Source: Macrostomum lignano (Eukaryota). From it: a stretch of DNA of 64,000 nt. How positions within the stretch are numbered: position 1 is the first letter of the stretch; the number at the start of each line of letters is the position of its first letter. Of this stretch, positions 1 to 24,969 are shown in pieces. The translations under genes were made by a program, and so were the position numbers. The DNA lies in the NCBI GenBank assembly GCA_002269645.1, contig NIVC01003999.1:1836-65835 (forward strand). The letters run 5' to 3'. The notes below the pieces were generated by a model. The model ran no database searches. It saw nothing but the letters and a program-made list of their open reading frames with translations, and was not told where the DNA came from.

Positions 1-555
1 GGCAATTATTCTGGTGTAGAGGGATAGATATGGGGCAATCATTCTGGTGTAGAGGATAGATAAGGGCAATTATTCTGGTGTAGAGGGGTGGATAAGGGGC
101 AATTATTCTGGTGTAGAGGGGTAAATAAGGGCAATTATTCTGGTGTAGAGGGGTGGATAAGGGGCAATTATTCTGGTGTAGAGGGTGGATAAGGGGCAAT
201 TATTCTGGTGTAGAGAGGTAAATAAGTGGCAGTTATTCTGGTGTAGAAGGGTGGATAAGTGGCAATTATTCTGGTGTAGAGGGGTGGATAAGGGGCAATT
301 ATTCTGGTGTAGAGGGGTGGATAAGGGGCAATTATTCTGGTGTAGAGGGGTGGATAAGGGGCAATTATTCTGGTGTAGAGGGGTGGATAAGGGGCAATCA
401 TTCTGGTGTAGACGGGTGGATAAGGGGCAATTATTCTGGTGTAGAGGGGTGGATAAGGGGCAATTATTCTGGTGTAGAGGGGTGGATAAGGGGCAATCAT
501 TCTGGTGTAGACGGTGGATAAGGGGCAATCATTCTGGTGTAGACGGGTGGATAAG
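1..555. repeat. 33-bp minisatellite (GGGGCAATTATTCTGGTGTAGAGGGGTGGATAA), about 16 copies, continues off the left edge
   Basis: Direct tandem periodicity; 11-aa periodic ORFs (TPLHQNNCPLS) in several frames. Confidence 0.95.
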
Positions 556-804
556 GAGCAAGTACTATCGCAATAGTACCGCTTTATTATTAATTATAAA
601 ATCAGCAGCCTCGTTGGAAGCATTTAATTATAATAATAGTAATATATGTAGCTCTGAGTTAACAATTGATAAAAGGCTAGACTAGCTGTGAACAGGCGGA
701 GCTGCTAAGCGTATAAACAAAATCACGCACAGTTTAAAAAACTTCTCAACAATCTGCTGGAATGGAAGCTTTGATAGCTGCATTGCAAGGCAGTTCAGCT
801 TTAG

Positions 805-3800
805 CTAGCAGCAGGAATTAAGCCACTCGACAATGAGCTGATGTGCCAACGCAGCCTTTGGCGGTACAAACCAACGACTGTTGCGTTTCAGCATGTCCGA
901 CACCTGGGCCGCGGTGAACCAGTCCGCGAACTCAAGCTCCTCTGTATCCAACTGAAACCGTTCGCGGGGGATGGGGAATCTGAATTGAAGGATGGGGAAT
1001 CTGAATTGAAGGATGGGGAATCTGAATTGAAGGATGGGGAATCTGAATTCAAGGATGGGGAATCTGAATTGAAGGATGGGGAATCTGAATTAAAGGATGG
1101 GGAATCTGAATTGAAGGATGGGGAATCTGAATTCAAGGATGGGGAATCTGAATTGAAGGATGGGGAATCTGAATTCAAGGATGGGGAATCTGAATTCAAG
1201 AATGGGGAATCTGAATTGAAGGATGGGGAATCTGAACTGAAGGATGGGGAATCTGAATTGAAGGATGGGGAATCTGAATTCAAGGATGGGAATCTGAATT
1301 CAAGGATGGGGAATCTGAATTGAAGGATGGGGAATCTGAATTGAAGGATGGGGAATCTGAATTCAAGGATGGGGAATCTGAATTGAAGGATGGGGAATCT
1401 GAATTCAAGGATGGGGAATCTGAATTGAAGGATGGGGAATCTGAATTGAAGGATGGGGAATCTGAACTGAAGGATGGGAATCTGAATGAATTGAAGGATG
1501 GGGAATCTGAATTCAAGGATGGGGAATCTGAATTGAAGGATGGGGAATCTGAATTCAAGGATGGGGAATCTCAATTGAAGGATGGGGAATCTGAATTTAA
1601 AGGATGGGGAATCTGAATTCAAGGATGGGAATCTGAATTGAAGGATGGGGAATCTGAACTGAAGGATGGGGAATCTGAATCAGGGGATGGAGAATCTGAA
1701 TTGGAGATTTGGTAATCTGAATCGGGAGTTGGAGAATCTGAATCAGGAGTTGGAGAATCTGAATCAGGAGTTGGAGAATCTGAATCAGGGGATGGGGAAT
1801 CTGAATCAGGAGTTGGAGAATTTGAATCAGGGGATGGGGAATCTGAATCGGAGGATGGGGAATCTGAATTCAAGGATGGGGAATCTGAATTGAAGGATGG
1901 GGAATCTGAATTGAAGGATGGGGAATCTGAATTCAAGGATGGGGAATCTGAATTGAAGGATGGGGAATCTGAATTGAAGGATGGGGAATCTGAATTGAAG
2001 GATGGGGAATCTGAATTCAAGGATGGGGAATCTGAATTGAAGGATGGGGAATCTGAATTCAAGGATGGGAATCTGAATTGAAGGATGGGGAATCTGAATT
2101 CAAGGATGGGGAATCTGAATTCAAGGATGGGGAATCTGAATTCAAGGATGGGGAATCTGAATTGAAGGATGGGGAATCTGAACTGAAAGGATGGGGAATC
2201 TGAATTCAAGGATGGGGAATCTGAATTCAAGGATGGGGAATCTGAATTGAAGGATGGGGAATCTGAACTGAAGGATGGGAATCTGAATTGAAGGATGGGG
2301 AATCTGAATTGAAGGATGGGAATCTGAATTCAGGATGGGAATCTGAATTGAAGGATGGGGAATCTGAATCAAGGATGGGGAATCTGAATTGAAGGATGGG
2401 GAATCTGAATGAAGGATGGGGAATCTGAACTGAAGGATGGGGAATCTGAATCAGGATGGAGAATCTGAATCAGGAGATTTGGTAATCTGAATCAGGAGTT
2501 GGAGAATCTGAATCAGGAGTTGGAGAATTTGAATCAGGAGTTGGAGAATCTGAATCAGGGGATGGGGAATCTGAATCAGGAGTTGGAGAATCTGAATCAG
2601 TAGTTGGAGAATCTGAATCAGGGGATGGGGAATCTGAATCGGAGGATGGGGAATCTGAATCGGTGGATGGGGAATCTGAATCGGTGGATGGGGAATCTGA
2701 ATCGGAGGATGGGGAATCTGAATCGGTGGATGGGGAATCTGAATCGGAGGATGGGGAATCTGAATCGGTGGATGGGGAATCTGAATCGGAGGATGGGGAA
2801 TCTGAATCGGTGGATGGGGAATCTGAATCAGGAGTTGGAGAATCTGAATCAGGAGTTGGAGAATCTGAATCAGGAGTTGGAGAATCTGAATCAGGAGTTG
2901 TAGAATCTGAATCAGTAGTTGGAGAATCTGAATCAGGGGATGGGGAATCTGAATCGGAGGATGGGGAATCTGAATCGGTGGATGGGGAATCTGAATCAGG
3001 AGTTGGAGAATCTGAATCGGTGGATGGGGAATCTGAATCAGGAGTTGGAGAATCTGAATCAGGGGATGGGGAATCTGAATCGGAGGATGGGAAAAAACAG
3101 TAGCAAATCAGGCCACGAAGGCTCCTCACCCGAATTTTGTTAATGTCATCCCCCTCGGCAGTGGCCGCCTCAAATCCAATCATGAGCTGCGAGGGAAATG
3201 GCCAGGCCTGGCTGCCTCTGTACGTCACTTCGCCCACCGCCAAGCCGACCTCCTCGGCCACCTCTCGCCTGACGCAGTCCTCCAGAGATTCGCCGGCCTC
3301 AGCGAAGCCGGCCAAGCAGGACAGCATGCCGGACGGAAGGCCGGTTTTCTGGCCAACAGGCAGCTGGGCTGATCGGAGCCTCGACCGCCCGGGTCACCAG
3401 GACGATGCGCGCTCGGATCGAGTCGAGGATGCGAAATCGGATGATCAGACCAGGCTGCTGTGGCTCCCGGTTTACTTTGCTTTCCGTTCACTATGCAGTC
3501 GGCATTGCGGCAGAGTAGTCTGCGCATTGTGGGGCGGATTAAGCGTTTCATGGATGCCTTGTTGGAGCTTGAGTGGCTCAGCAACAGAGGCAATATTCCG
3601 GGTTGGGCCGTATGATCCTCGTTAGACCAATGCTCCTTCCTTCCCTAGGACCCTGGATGTACCGCCGCACCCTGCCATTAGGACCCTGGATGGTCCACCG
3701 CGCACCCTCCCATTAGGACCCTGGATGGTCCACCGCGCACCCTGCCATTAAAACCCTGGATGGTCCACCGCGCACCCTCCCATTAGGACCCTGGATGGTC

Positions 3801-4537
3801 CACCGCGCACCCTCCCATTAGGACCCTGGATGATCCACCGCGCACTCTCCCATTAGGACCCTGGATGATCCACCGCGCACTCTCCCATTAGGACCCTGGA
3901 TGGTCCACCGCGCACCCTCCCATTAGGACCCTGGATGATCCACCGCGCACTCTCCCATTAGGACCCTGGATGATCCACCGCGCACCCTCCCATTAGGACC
4001 CTGGATGGACCGCAGCCTCCCACATACCTGTGCCCCGCATCGGCAATCTCGGTGAGGCCGCCGCAGGCGGAGCAGTACCGGTTATACCGGTGCCAGGCTA
4101 GCAGAGACCGGGCCGGGCCCCACAAATGAATCATCCTGGTCGACGATGAGCTGCACCCTGGTCGGTGACTGCACTACTCCAAAGGCGGCGGACCTCGCCC
4201 AGGCTTCCGAAGCGGCCACGGCAAAGTAGCTATCACCATTGCATAATCAACATCGGACTCGCCGCCGAGGAAAACGATAGGACAGTCGTCCGGTCCCAGC
4301 TCCGGCCGCAGCTCCGGCCAGGGTATGAGCAGAGGCGAGAAAACGCCGCTTTTAGTGGCACTCGATGCCGGCACCAGCAGAGGGCTGAGCGATTCGTCGA
4401 ATAGAAGAGCTTTGCATCTGACAGACTGGTGCAGACGTTCCAGCTGTTCAGGACGTGGGCGAAGCTCAGCGAGCCGGTGCAACGTTTGGAAGCCAACGCG
4501 TTGCGACGAACTCGTAAATTGACCGAAACTGGTGAAA
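805..4537 (-). CDS. NUDT12: NUDT12/NudC-family NAD(H) pyrophosphatase (Nudix hydrolase with zinc ribbon); exons ~4537-4028, 3519-3130, 951-805; several 1-nt frameshifts as given; start codon not resolved
   Basis: Spliced translation gives [19 protein letters not shown]...GHR|LLCRNADC...HPRLDP...CLLARK...[29 protein letters not shown] (Nudix box), [13 protein letters not shown] (NudC SQPWPFP signature) and C-terminal [12 protein letters not shown]...[19 protein letters not shown] introns 4027-3520 and 3129-952 are phase-compatible. Confidence 0.82.
969..3090. repeat. 21-bp minisatellite (GATGGGGAATCTGAATTGAAG and GTTGGAGAATCTGAATCAGGA variants) filling the last NUDT12 intron
   Basis: Tandem periodicity; 7-aa periodic ORFs (DGESELK, PDSDSPT). 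Confidence 0.95.
3647..4012. repeat. 35-bp minisatellite (CATTAGGACCCTGGATGGTCCACCGCGCACCCTCC), about 10 copies, in a NUDT12 intron
   Basis: CATTAGG recurs every 35 nt (e.g. 3781, 3816). Confidence 0.93.
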
Positions 4538-4748
4538 CTGCAGAAAAAATACGGTTTATCTACTTATAGTAGCGTAAACATGTATTTCATAAATTAATGC
4601 TTATGTATTTTTAACATACGGACACTAATCGAATCGAGCAGAAAGAACTGGACCAAACAATATTTCTTTTCTAACTGTTGACAGTATTGACCCAATGTTG
4701 ATTCAATTTCTTTAAATAAATTAAAGTTTCTAAGCTCTCCAGTGTAAG

Positions 4749-4820
4749 TCCCTGATGGTCTAGCGGTTAGGATTCCTGGCTCTCACCCAGGCGGCCCGGG
4801 TTCGACTCCCGGTCAGGGAA
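4749..4820 (+). tRNA. tRNA-Glu (anticodon CTC)
   Basis: TCCCTGATGGTCTAGCGGTTAGGATTCCTGGCTCTCACCCAGGCGGCCCGGGTTCGACTCCCGGTCAGGGAA: 72 nt, acceptor stem TCCCTGA/TCAGGGA, anticodon stem CCTGG/CCAGG around CT-CTC-AC, GGTTCGACTCC B-box, no encoded CCA. Confidence 0.96.
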
Positions 4821-4824
4821 CATA

Positions 4825-4830
4825 TTTTTT
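4825..4830 (+). terminator. RNA polymerase III oligo-T terminator
   Basis: T6 run 4 nt after the tRNA 3' end. Confidence 0.8.
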
Positions 4831-5961
4831 GTGCTTTCGAAAAGGTGAAAAAATTAGGTAAATTAAAACTGTACGATAAATATAATTCTATTTCTTTACA
4901 TTTTACATAAAACTTACTTGCATATGCCTCGTAATGACTAAGACTTACCTAATAATTACAGGACCCGATATGTATCGAAAAATACTTTAGAGTCTAAGAC
5001 ATCTCGCCAAAACCCAATGGCGTAAAGCCAATAAACAACGCCCAACGGATTTGTTTTTTGCACTCAGAAATAGAAGCAGAAAAGTCTTATTAATTTTAAA
5101 AATCTATTTAGCGGTAAAGAATATTTATCCTGACATGCAGTGCATCGGGATTTCGTATCGAGTTAAAGTACGATAAGTACTATTATATTGTTATATAATC
5201 AAGCACATAACTGTACGAGGATAAAAAACAAAAAAGACAACAAGAATGCTTCGTTTGGAATGGCTCAAAGTAGTTATTCGCAAGCATTTGTTTTGACGAA
5301 TAATTCTTAGTATTAAAACCCAAAAGTTGGGCACAATTTAATGCTTCATATTATTGTAATGTTTTTTCAGAAAAAACCGCAACAATTTCCTGGGAAATGT
5401 GATAAATGGATCAGAAGCAAATAGACAATCGAAAGGCAAAATAGGAATGTTAAAAATTGATCAATAAGAACAAATTATTTGATTATTTGCCTCTCCTTTT
5501 TAACAGGTTTAATATAATTGTTTGAATATTTTACAGTAAAAAAGAATAACAAGGTAGATACGCTATCATTCTACTTACAAGTAGGCTTAAAAACAAATCA
5601 TCGCAATTACACATTGGAAAGCGATAAAAAAGAAGAACAATTGCAAGAGAAAAATGCGGCATAGGAGAGGAGAATGAACATCCAGCGAGTACTTAGTCAG
5701 CTAATGGGTGAAGTGGACGGATGCGGATTCGCTTTGAAGCGAATGAAATACATTTTTTGTAGTTGGTAGCAACCAGACAAATTCAAAGTCCGAGAAAGAC
5801 TCTAAAAAATCAGAGGTTACTCGATAACTATTACAGTATGCATACCCACAAAAAGTTCAGGTAAAGTACAATAATCCTAAGAAGTGACTGCCAATGGTAT
5901 TTTGTTCCAATCTTTGCTTTTTAAATTTATTAAAATGCTTCAGGGTTCAAACAGAGTAGGA

Positions 5962-6140
5962 AAGGAATGGGGTGGGGTGAGGAACGGGGTAAGAGAGGAA
6001 TGGGGTGGGGTGAGGAACGGGGTAAGAGAGGAATGGGGTGGGGTGAGGAACGGGGTAAGAGAGGAATGGGGTGGGGTGAGGAACGGGGTAAGAGAGGAAT
6101 GGGGTGGGGTGAGGAACGGGGTAAGAGAGAAATGGGGGGT
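5962..6140. repeat. 33-bp G-rich minisatellite (GGGGTAAGAGAGGAATGGGGTGGGGTGAGGAAC), about 5 copies
   Basis: Tandem periodicity; ORF NGVREEWGGVR repeated. Confidence 0.92.
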
Positions 6141-6527
6141 TGAAAAACGGGGTAAATATATATTCACCATTATGATATGAATTCCACTCGTAGCAACTAC
6201 TTATTACGTAAAGCAATAAAACATGCTAGATCAAACTGAATACGCAAGTTTGCAAAGCAAAAGACAGCAGCAAATTTTGGTCAGCATTCGAAAATGAAAC
6301 TACACAAAATAAATTAGTTTATACACGCGCATAACTTGACTGTTTGGATGCTTCAATTAACAAATAAATTGCGCTTTAAAGGAGAACAATCCTAGCACTA
6401 CTTATAGTAGAAAAAGCGCATGTTTGAAAATGGTCAGAATAATTGCCTGGTTTGTTACTGTTGCAAGAGTTTTTTGTGTGTTAAAAATACGTTTAAGCTA
6501 CTCACTAGGAGTAGTAGAAAGAGTCGG

Positions 6528-18922
<12,395 letters not shown>

Positions 18923-21267
18923 GCCAGTCACTGTAGTTTTTAGCAATTATTTTTTAGTCAATTGGTTCACTTGCTATTGCTTGACAACTACTGGTAAATA
19001 TCTATATCTAGGTTGCAGGTAAGTACATTCTACAAGAATACTAATTAGATATTCTTTGACAAATTGATAGAAGATAAACAATTTTAAAAAATTTCAAAGT
19101 GCACATTATAAGCAAAGCAAATATAAAGCTTAAACACTAAATTTATATATGAAGGACCTATTTTAAAATTGAAAAAAACTGCAGAACACTTTCTAGATAT
19201 CAAATCAATCAAAATATAAATATTGATTGATATTTTAAAAGTTAATACAACAAATTAGGCAATACTAGTTTTAAGACTAATATATCTAATAAAAAAGATT
19301 TTACATCTGATATTACTCAATTTGTCAAAGCTAAACAAGAGCCTAAGAAAGCTAAGTTTTTTGCTACATAATATTAAGCAGTTTGCTAAATATTACTAAA
19401 ATTTTTTGCCATGCATCTATTTCACATTCTACAAGACTATCCACACTAGATTTTATTAGCATGCATTCAGTTTGGATGAAAAAAGTTGGTATGCATTGGT
19501 GTGAATTTGGCTATTTGGGCAATGCATAGCATAGTAATATAACATAGTATAGCTATAGCATAGCCTACATGGTGTATAGCAAAATGATATATTACCTAGT
19601 ATAGTATTAATTATAGTATAAAATATAGTGTAATTATATATTAGTATTATAGTATTATATATATATATTATATATAATATTTTTATTATAATTAGATGAC
19701 AGGCCTAAACTAGCTAAACCAAACAGAGTTAAAAAATTATTGAATAAATTTATAGTCATTTAAAATTAAAGTTAAAAAAGGTCAAGACCATTTGAAAAAC
19801 CAATATTCTTAGTCGCGAGCTATGATGTCATGGATACTGATATATAGTGATTGGTATTGGTAATGATGGATCACAGTCATGGACAGGACAGGTTAGATTT
19901 TTAGATAAACTTTACTTTACCGATTTGAATTATGAAGCAAATAAGTAAATATTATATTTTTTAAAACCACGATTTATTAACCTATTACTAATACTTGATA
20001 TTTATAAATATTAAATATTCGGGTTCGTTCTAAAATATAGTAGTGCTGTGCCGCAGGTCAGAGTGACAACGCAGAGCAGTGCAAAAACGCATATTTTTTT
20101 TAATTTTCACAAGAAAAGTTGTTGTACTTGTCAAATTTGGGCGCTGGGCGTTAGTTAATGACTCTCACGATAATACTAAAACATAAAGAATACAGATTCA
20201 CAGTTATAAATAAAGTTATTATGTAATAATTAAAGCACATAATAATACATTTTGCAAATTAAGCTAACAGCAATGGCATTTTTGTTTATGCTTTTGGCTG
20301 CCGGAATGTATATTCAGCTAGATGAACAATTGAAGGCAGAAAGTACAAGCAAAAAGCAAAAAGCTGCCAAAAAATACCACTGAAGTTTTTAGCAGGCATA
20401 ACTAGCCCAAAAACTGGTGCAGTTCAACTCCGATTTAAAGAAGGTCCGTAGAAGCATAGCGTCAAGAAGAATAAATATTATTTACATGTATTAATACATA
20501 TAATCTCATTTACTTATGTACTTGCACCATGGAATGCACATGTACTGAATGTATGATATAAAACATATTACTGCACTGGACTAAAGGCAAACAATGGTTG
20601 AACTGCAACGGTTTGAGTTCTTGTACATCGTAAAAAGGTTTTGAATTTCCCTCAAGCTGTTTTGTCTGCAAAATTAATCAAAATTAAATTAATTGTCGCT
20701 CGTCGCGCGCTCTTGGCCTTGTGCTGGCTCTAATTTACCAATAGCTAAATATATTGAATATACTTTGCAGTTCTTCGACAATGCTTCGACAGCTCCCTGT
20801 AATTCGACATAATATTAATGATCATCTAATCCTGATCGACCGCTATACAACTCATCAACCCAACAAAAAGTATCTACAAAACCGTGACAAACTTAAACTA
20901 TTATAATAGATTGTATTTTTTTATTTCAATATTACGTTGGGCCAAAAACTATAAAGTAGCATTTTCAGCCGGCGTGAATTTTGATTTTTGGCTGCACTTA
21001 AAAAAGTACTTCAGTATCTCTTACACTGAATTTAATAAATTTACCTTACTTTGAGGAGTCTCCAAAAACTGCACTCCAACACGCTCTCATTTTAAATTTA
21101 AACCGCATTTCATGCAAAGAGTTCAGAACCAATATAAAGAGCATCATTGATAGGAACCCTGCATGGTCTCTATTATACACTAATTCTATCCTAGCTCTCT
21201 TGGTAGCGTCTCTGCCCTGCGGTCTGCTCCCTGTGCTGGTATCGGACAAAGCGCCACTTTAATCTAC

Positions 21268-22391
21268 TGTTACCGACTGAAGCCGGTGATAGTGTACATT
21301 CGATAATGACGCTGCCATGAAGAGACTAATGAAGTACTTTGGGTTTTCTTGGGGTGGCCTGGTAGGTCTTTGAATCCCACCGCTGCCACCAATGAAGTAC
21401 AGGCTATTTGCTTCCCGGATTTAGGCCCTTGCGGATTACCTTAAGTCTCGAGCCTCTTCAGAGGGAAGTTCTCTCAAATCTCAGTAGCGTAGGTAATGCT
21501 GCCACCAGTTCCTTCAGGTCTCGGCCTTCGGTGAGGTGAGCTTTCCGTCGGAACGAAATAAACAAGTCAACGAACTCAGCACAGCGTGCAGATTTGCAGA
21601 TTAATGAACAAGGCGTCCTGATCAGCAGATCCCCGCCGGGCTCAGGGGTGGCTGGGAAGGCAGTGTTAGCCTCCCTTAGGCTTGGGCTTTAGTGGGGTCT
21701 CAGTCAGACCAGTACAAACGGATTCAGTACACAAAGGGCACTTAGTTAGACACTGACGCACACGGGATCTTAGCGAATTCTCCGCAGATAAGAAGCCAAT
21801 CCTTGACGGAAACAAGGGGAGAGGGGTCCTATTTATAGCCGGGAAACACCCACGCACAAGACCTCGCGACTTGTTCTATTTTTAGAACTGACGTCACTTG
21901 AGATCTCGAGGCAGGGTCTCAGTGCGCGCAAGACCTCGTGACTCGTTCTATTTTTAGAACTGACGTCACTTGAGGTCTCCGGCCAGAGTACACGCGGCTG
22001 TGACTCAGTTGCTATTTTTAGCAACATGAGTCACTCCTCTCCTTAGAGAAGGGAGGGGTCCGAAAGCACGTGATTCTCCCGGTAAACAGGGCCAACGAGT
22101 GCAGTAAACATGTTTACTGCACTTTAGGACTCGAAGAACGCAGAGTCTGTCATGTGACTTGCTCACATGACAGAGGAAAACGGGACGGGAACGAAACAGA
22201 GACAGCCCACAGCAGAGAAGCTGAGGGCTGAGAACAGAGACGCAGAAGGGCAGAACAGGCCAAGGGCAGCAACAGACGGGCCAAGGGGGGCGGAAGCTGA
22301 CCAGCGGCAGACAGCAACCCAGGGCGAGGGCGAGGGCAAGGGCGACTGCTGACAAAGTGGGACGCCTAACACCAACTAGCGGATCACTACA
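21268..22391 (-). mobile_element. Solo-LTR-like element
   Basis: TG...CA ends (TGTTAC at 21268, ...CACTACA at 22391), minus-strand TATAAAT (21837-21831), tandemly duplicated enhancer-like block, and many shared blocks with 30163-31187. No clean TSD found. Confidence 0.55.
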
Positions 22392-24145
22392 CTAAGAACA
22401 CAATTGAAAACCATCGGAACCAGTTGTTGTCAACAAATTAAGCTTCCATCTAGCAAAGCTTAAATCGCTTTGATAAACTTAGACTAACAATTTATTTGTT
22501 CTGTTCAGACGTAGCATCGAATTCAAAAGAGACGTTAGTTGATCTGTCGATGCCGCGGATCGGGTGGCGGAGGCTGCGGCTACAGACTATCTATAAGCAG
22601 CCGGCATCAACGAAAGTCAGAAGCAAATTTTCTCCGCCAAGTTTTTTAAGCAACCAAATCTGTTCAGAATGCTGTTTTGGTTTCATCAAATACAAACGGA
22701 ATATTGTTGCAGTTGATGTTGGGAAGCAGAATTTATTAGATTTTTTAATGCCAGTAAAATAGAGTATACGCTCGTAGCTATGTATAAGAATCGAGTATGC
22801 ACATAACGGTAAAATCGAGTAGACATTTCAAAACAATATAAATGTAAAATGTTTCAGAATTAATCTCGCATTTGAACACAAACAAACTGTAGACCCCGCG
22901 GGCGCCTCGATCTCGGCTAGGTTCCGGCGGGAGTTGTCTCTTCGTGGCGACCCGGTGTTACACTTTAGACTATCCGGGGTTTTTTGTCTGGCCCGGATAT
23001 CCGAACGCACTTACGATATCCGCCCGGCTATTGCCAAGCAAAAAACCTTATTTGTTTTCTCCTTCCCGGATATCTTGAGCTGCTTTGTATTGTCCGGGCA
23101 CTTTGAGATGTCTCTCCCGGACATCCTACGTCACTGAATCTGCTATCCGGCCCGGAGATCACAAGAATGGGAAGTTGTCTTAGGACATCCGACTGTAGGT
23201 TGAAAGAGCGGAGTCAGACTGCGGAGACAGAGGTTTGCTTTAGGACATCCGGCTACTGATTTCCGGGGCTAGAAATAGCAAAATTTAGAGATCACTTTTC
23301 GCAAAGTAGAAAATCACTTTTTGCTACTTTTTCAATGGCAAACATCTGCGTCATGATTATTTAACTGTGTATTTCAATAACAATTTCGCGCTTCAGGCAC
23401 TCTGAAAAGTTAAAACTAAAATTAAAGCTTCTATTGTCAACCGAAAAGAATTTAGTTACTCCATTCACAATCTAATTCGATAAATCAAAAACTGGCAATC
23501 CTCTGAATGAAGCGCGATGAGCCACAGCCTTCCAATGCTTTGATTGAGATGCTTTCCGTTTTCACATTCTGAGAAACCAGCCAGCTGATAGCTATTTTTG
23601 CCGAGACATTTGATGATACGGTAGATCCTCTAACTCCACGTCTTCTGCAGATTATCTCTCTCTTTTGCACTGGAATGTTCCGGCAGCTCAACATGCTTGT
23701 CGCTAAAAACGTAAAAAACGCCTGATTTAGCGTTACTTTGGCCACCGAGTGAATTTTTTTTCCAAAACGTAGGACTTGGACGAGAAATATATTCCATATA
23801 TCTGAAGAGAATAGGTGTATTATAATTTGCGCAACACATTCCATTGCGGGCTATTACAGTTGGGTCCGTGGAAAGGGTCTTAATTTCCGCGGAACGGCCG
23901 CGGAATTCCGTGTAAAACTGTGTGAAATGCGCTCCTATTGGCTGGGCCAATGGGGATGGGATGGCCCAGGAATCCATATCTTCCTTGACTATGCTACTTT
24001 TTCCTTTATAGTAGCACCTTATGAACGAGATTTTAAGCATACTTGATAGTTATATCATACATATAATCTTGATTTATTTTTAATGATGTCTGGCCATCGA
24101 AAATCAAAAGGCTAAAATATCGAAGCGCTTTTTGATACGAAACAA

Positions 24146-24590
24146 GGAGAGAGAAAGAGAGAGATGGAGAGGGAAGGAGAGAGAAGGAGAGGGAAGGAGA
24201 AAGAAGGAGAAAGAAAGAGAGAGAAGGAGAGGGAAGGAGAGAGAAGGAGAGGGAAGGAGAGAGAAGGAGAGGGAAGGAGAGGGAAGGAGAGGGAAGGAGA
24301 AAGAAAGAGAGAGAAGGAGAGGGAAGGAGAGAGAAGGAGAGGGAAGGAGAGGGAAGGAGAGGGAAAGAGAGGGAAGGAGAGGGAAGGAGAGGGAAGGAGA
24401 GAGAAGGAGAGGGAAGGAGTGGGAAGGAGAGGGAAGGAGAGGGAAGGAGAGGGAAGGAGAGGGAAGGAGAGAGAAGGAGAGGGAAGGAGAGAAGAGAGAA
24501 GGAAAAAGGAAGCACCGAGAAGAGAGGCGGCAGGGATGAGTGAGGTGGCAGAGAGAAAGAGAGAGGAGAGAGGAGGAGAAGGAGAGAGGC
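24146..24590. repeat. Polypurine tract built on 10-bp GGAGAGGGAA units
   Basis: About 440 nt that is almost exclusively A/G. Confidence 0.93.
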
Positions 24591-24969
24591 CGTTTGGACA
24601 GTCCGTTGCCCTCCCGCAATTATAAAATGCTTACAAATTGATACTTTTGCAAAGGTTTCTAACTAAAAGTTTTTAGTATCTCTTCCCCGCCTTTTAAAGC
24701 CGTCATCAGCAAGAATCCGATCATGCTCTGATCACGCAAGTTCCACGCGATAAAACTTAAGTCAAAAAAATTTATCAACGCATCCTGACAGTTGGGGTTA
24801 CATGGCTATGGCTTGTAGAAATAATTGGGGCGTTATCGAAATCTTCGCTAGCCTCTCTCGCGCTCAAGGAATTTCTATAGTTTGTACCCCCTTTGCATGT
24901 ACATATGAATGAAAACTGACTAATTTTGTGTACATTGAACAGGGGCAGGAGGAACTAAAAACTCATCTA

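Noticed and set aside
841-3103. Long ORFs of (DGESELK)n, (PDSDSPT)n, (NLNQE)n
   Set aside because: Products of a 21-bp intronic minisatellite lacking stops in some frames; they lie inside a GT-AG intron whose flanking exons join in frame.
3137-3625. Plus-strand ORF 3137-3625 and similar (7454-8161, 9902-10306, 11411-11755, 15131-15424)
   Set aside because: Antisense shadows of GC-rich NUDT12/NEK1 exons.
805-4537. Bacterial nudC contamination or horizontal transfer
   Set aside because: The gene has spliceosomal introns filled with host-type minisatellites.
21046-21249. Small minus ORF downstream of the LTR-like element as a gag start, with TGGCGC as PBS
   Set aside because: TGGCGC is 11 nt from the proposed LTR end and only 6 nt long, and the peptide shows no gag motif.
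24033-24625. Arg/Glu/Gly-rich and Leu/Pro/Ser-rich ORFs
   Set aside because: Translations of a polypurine simple repeat.
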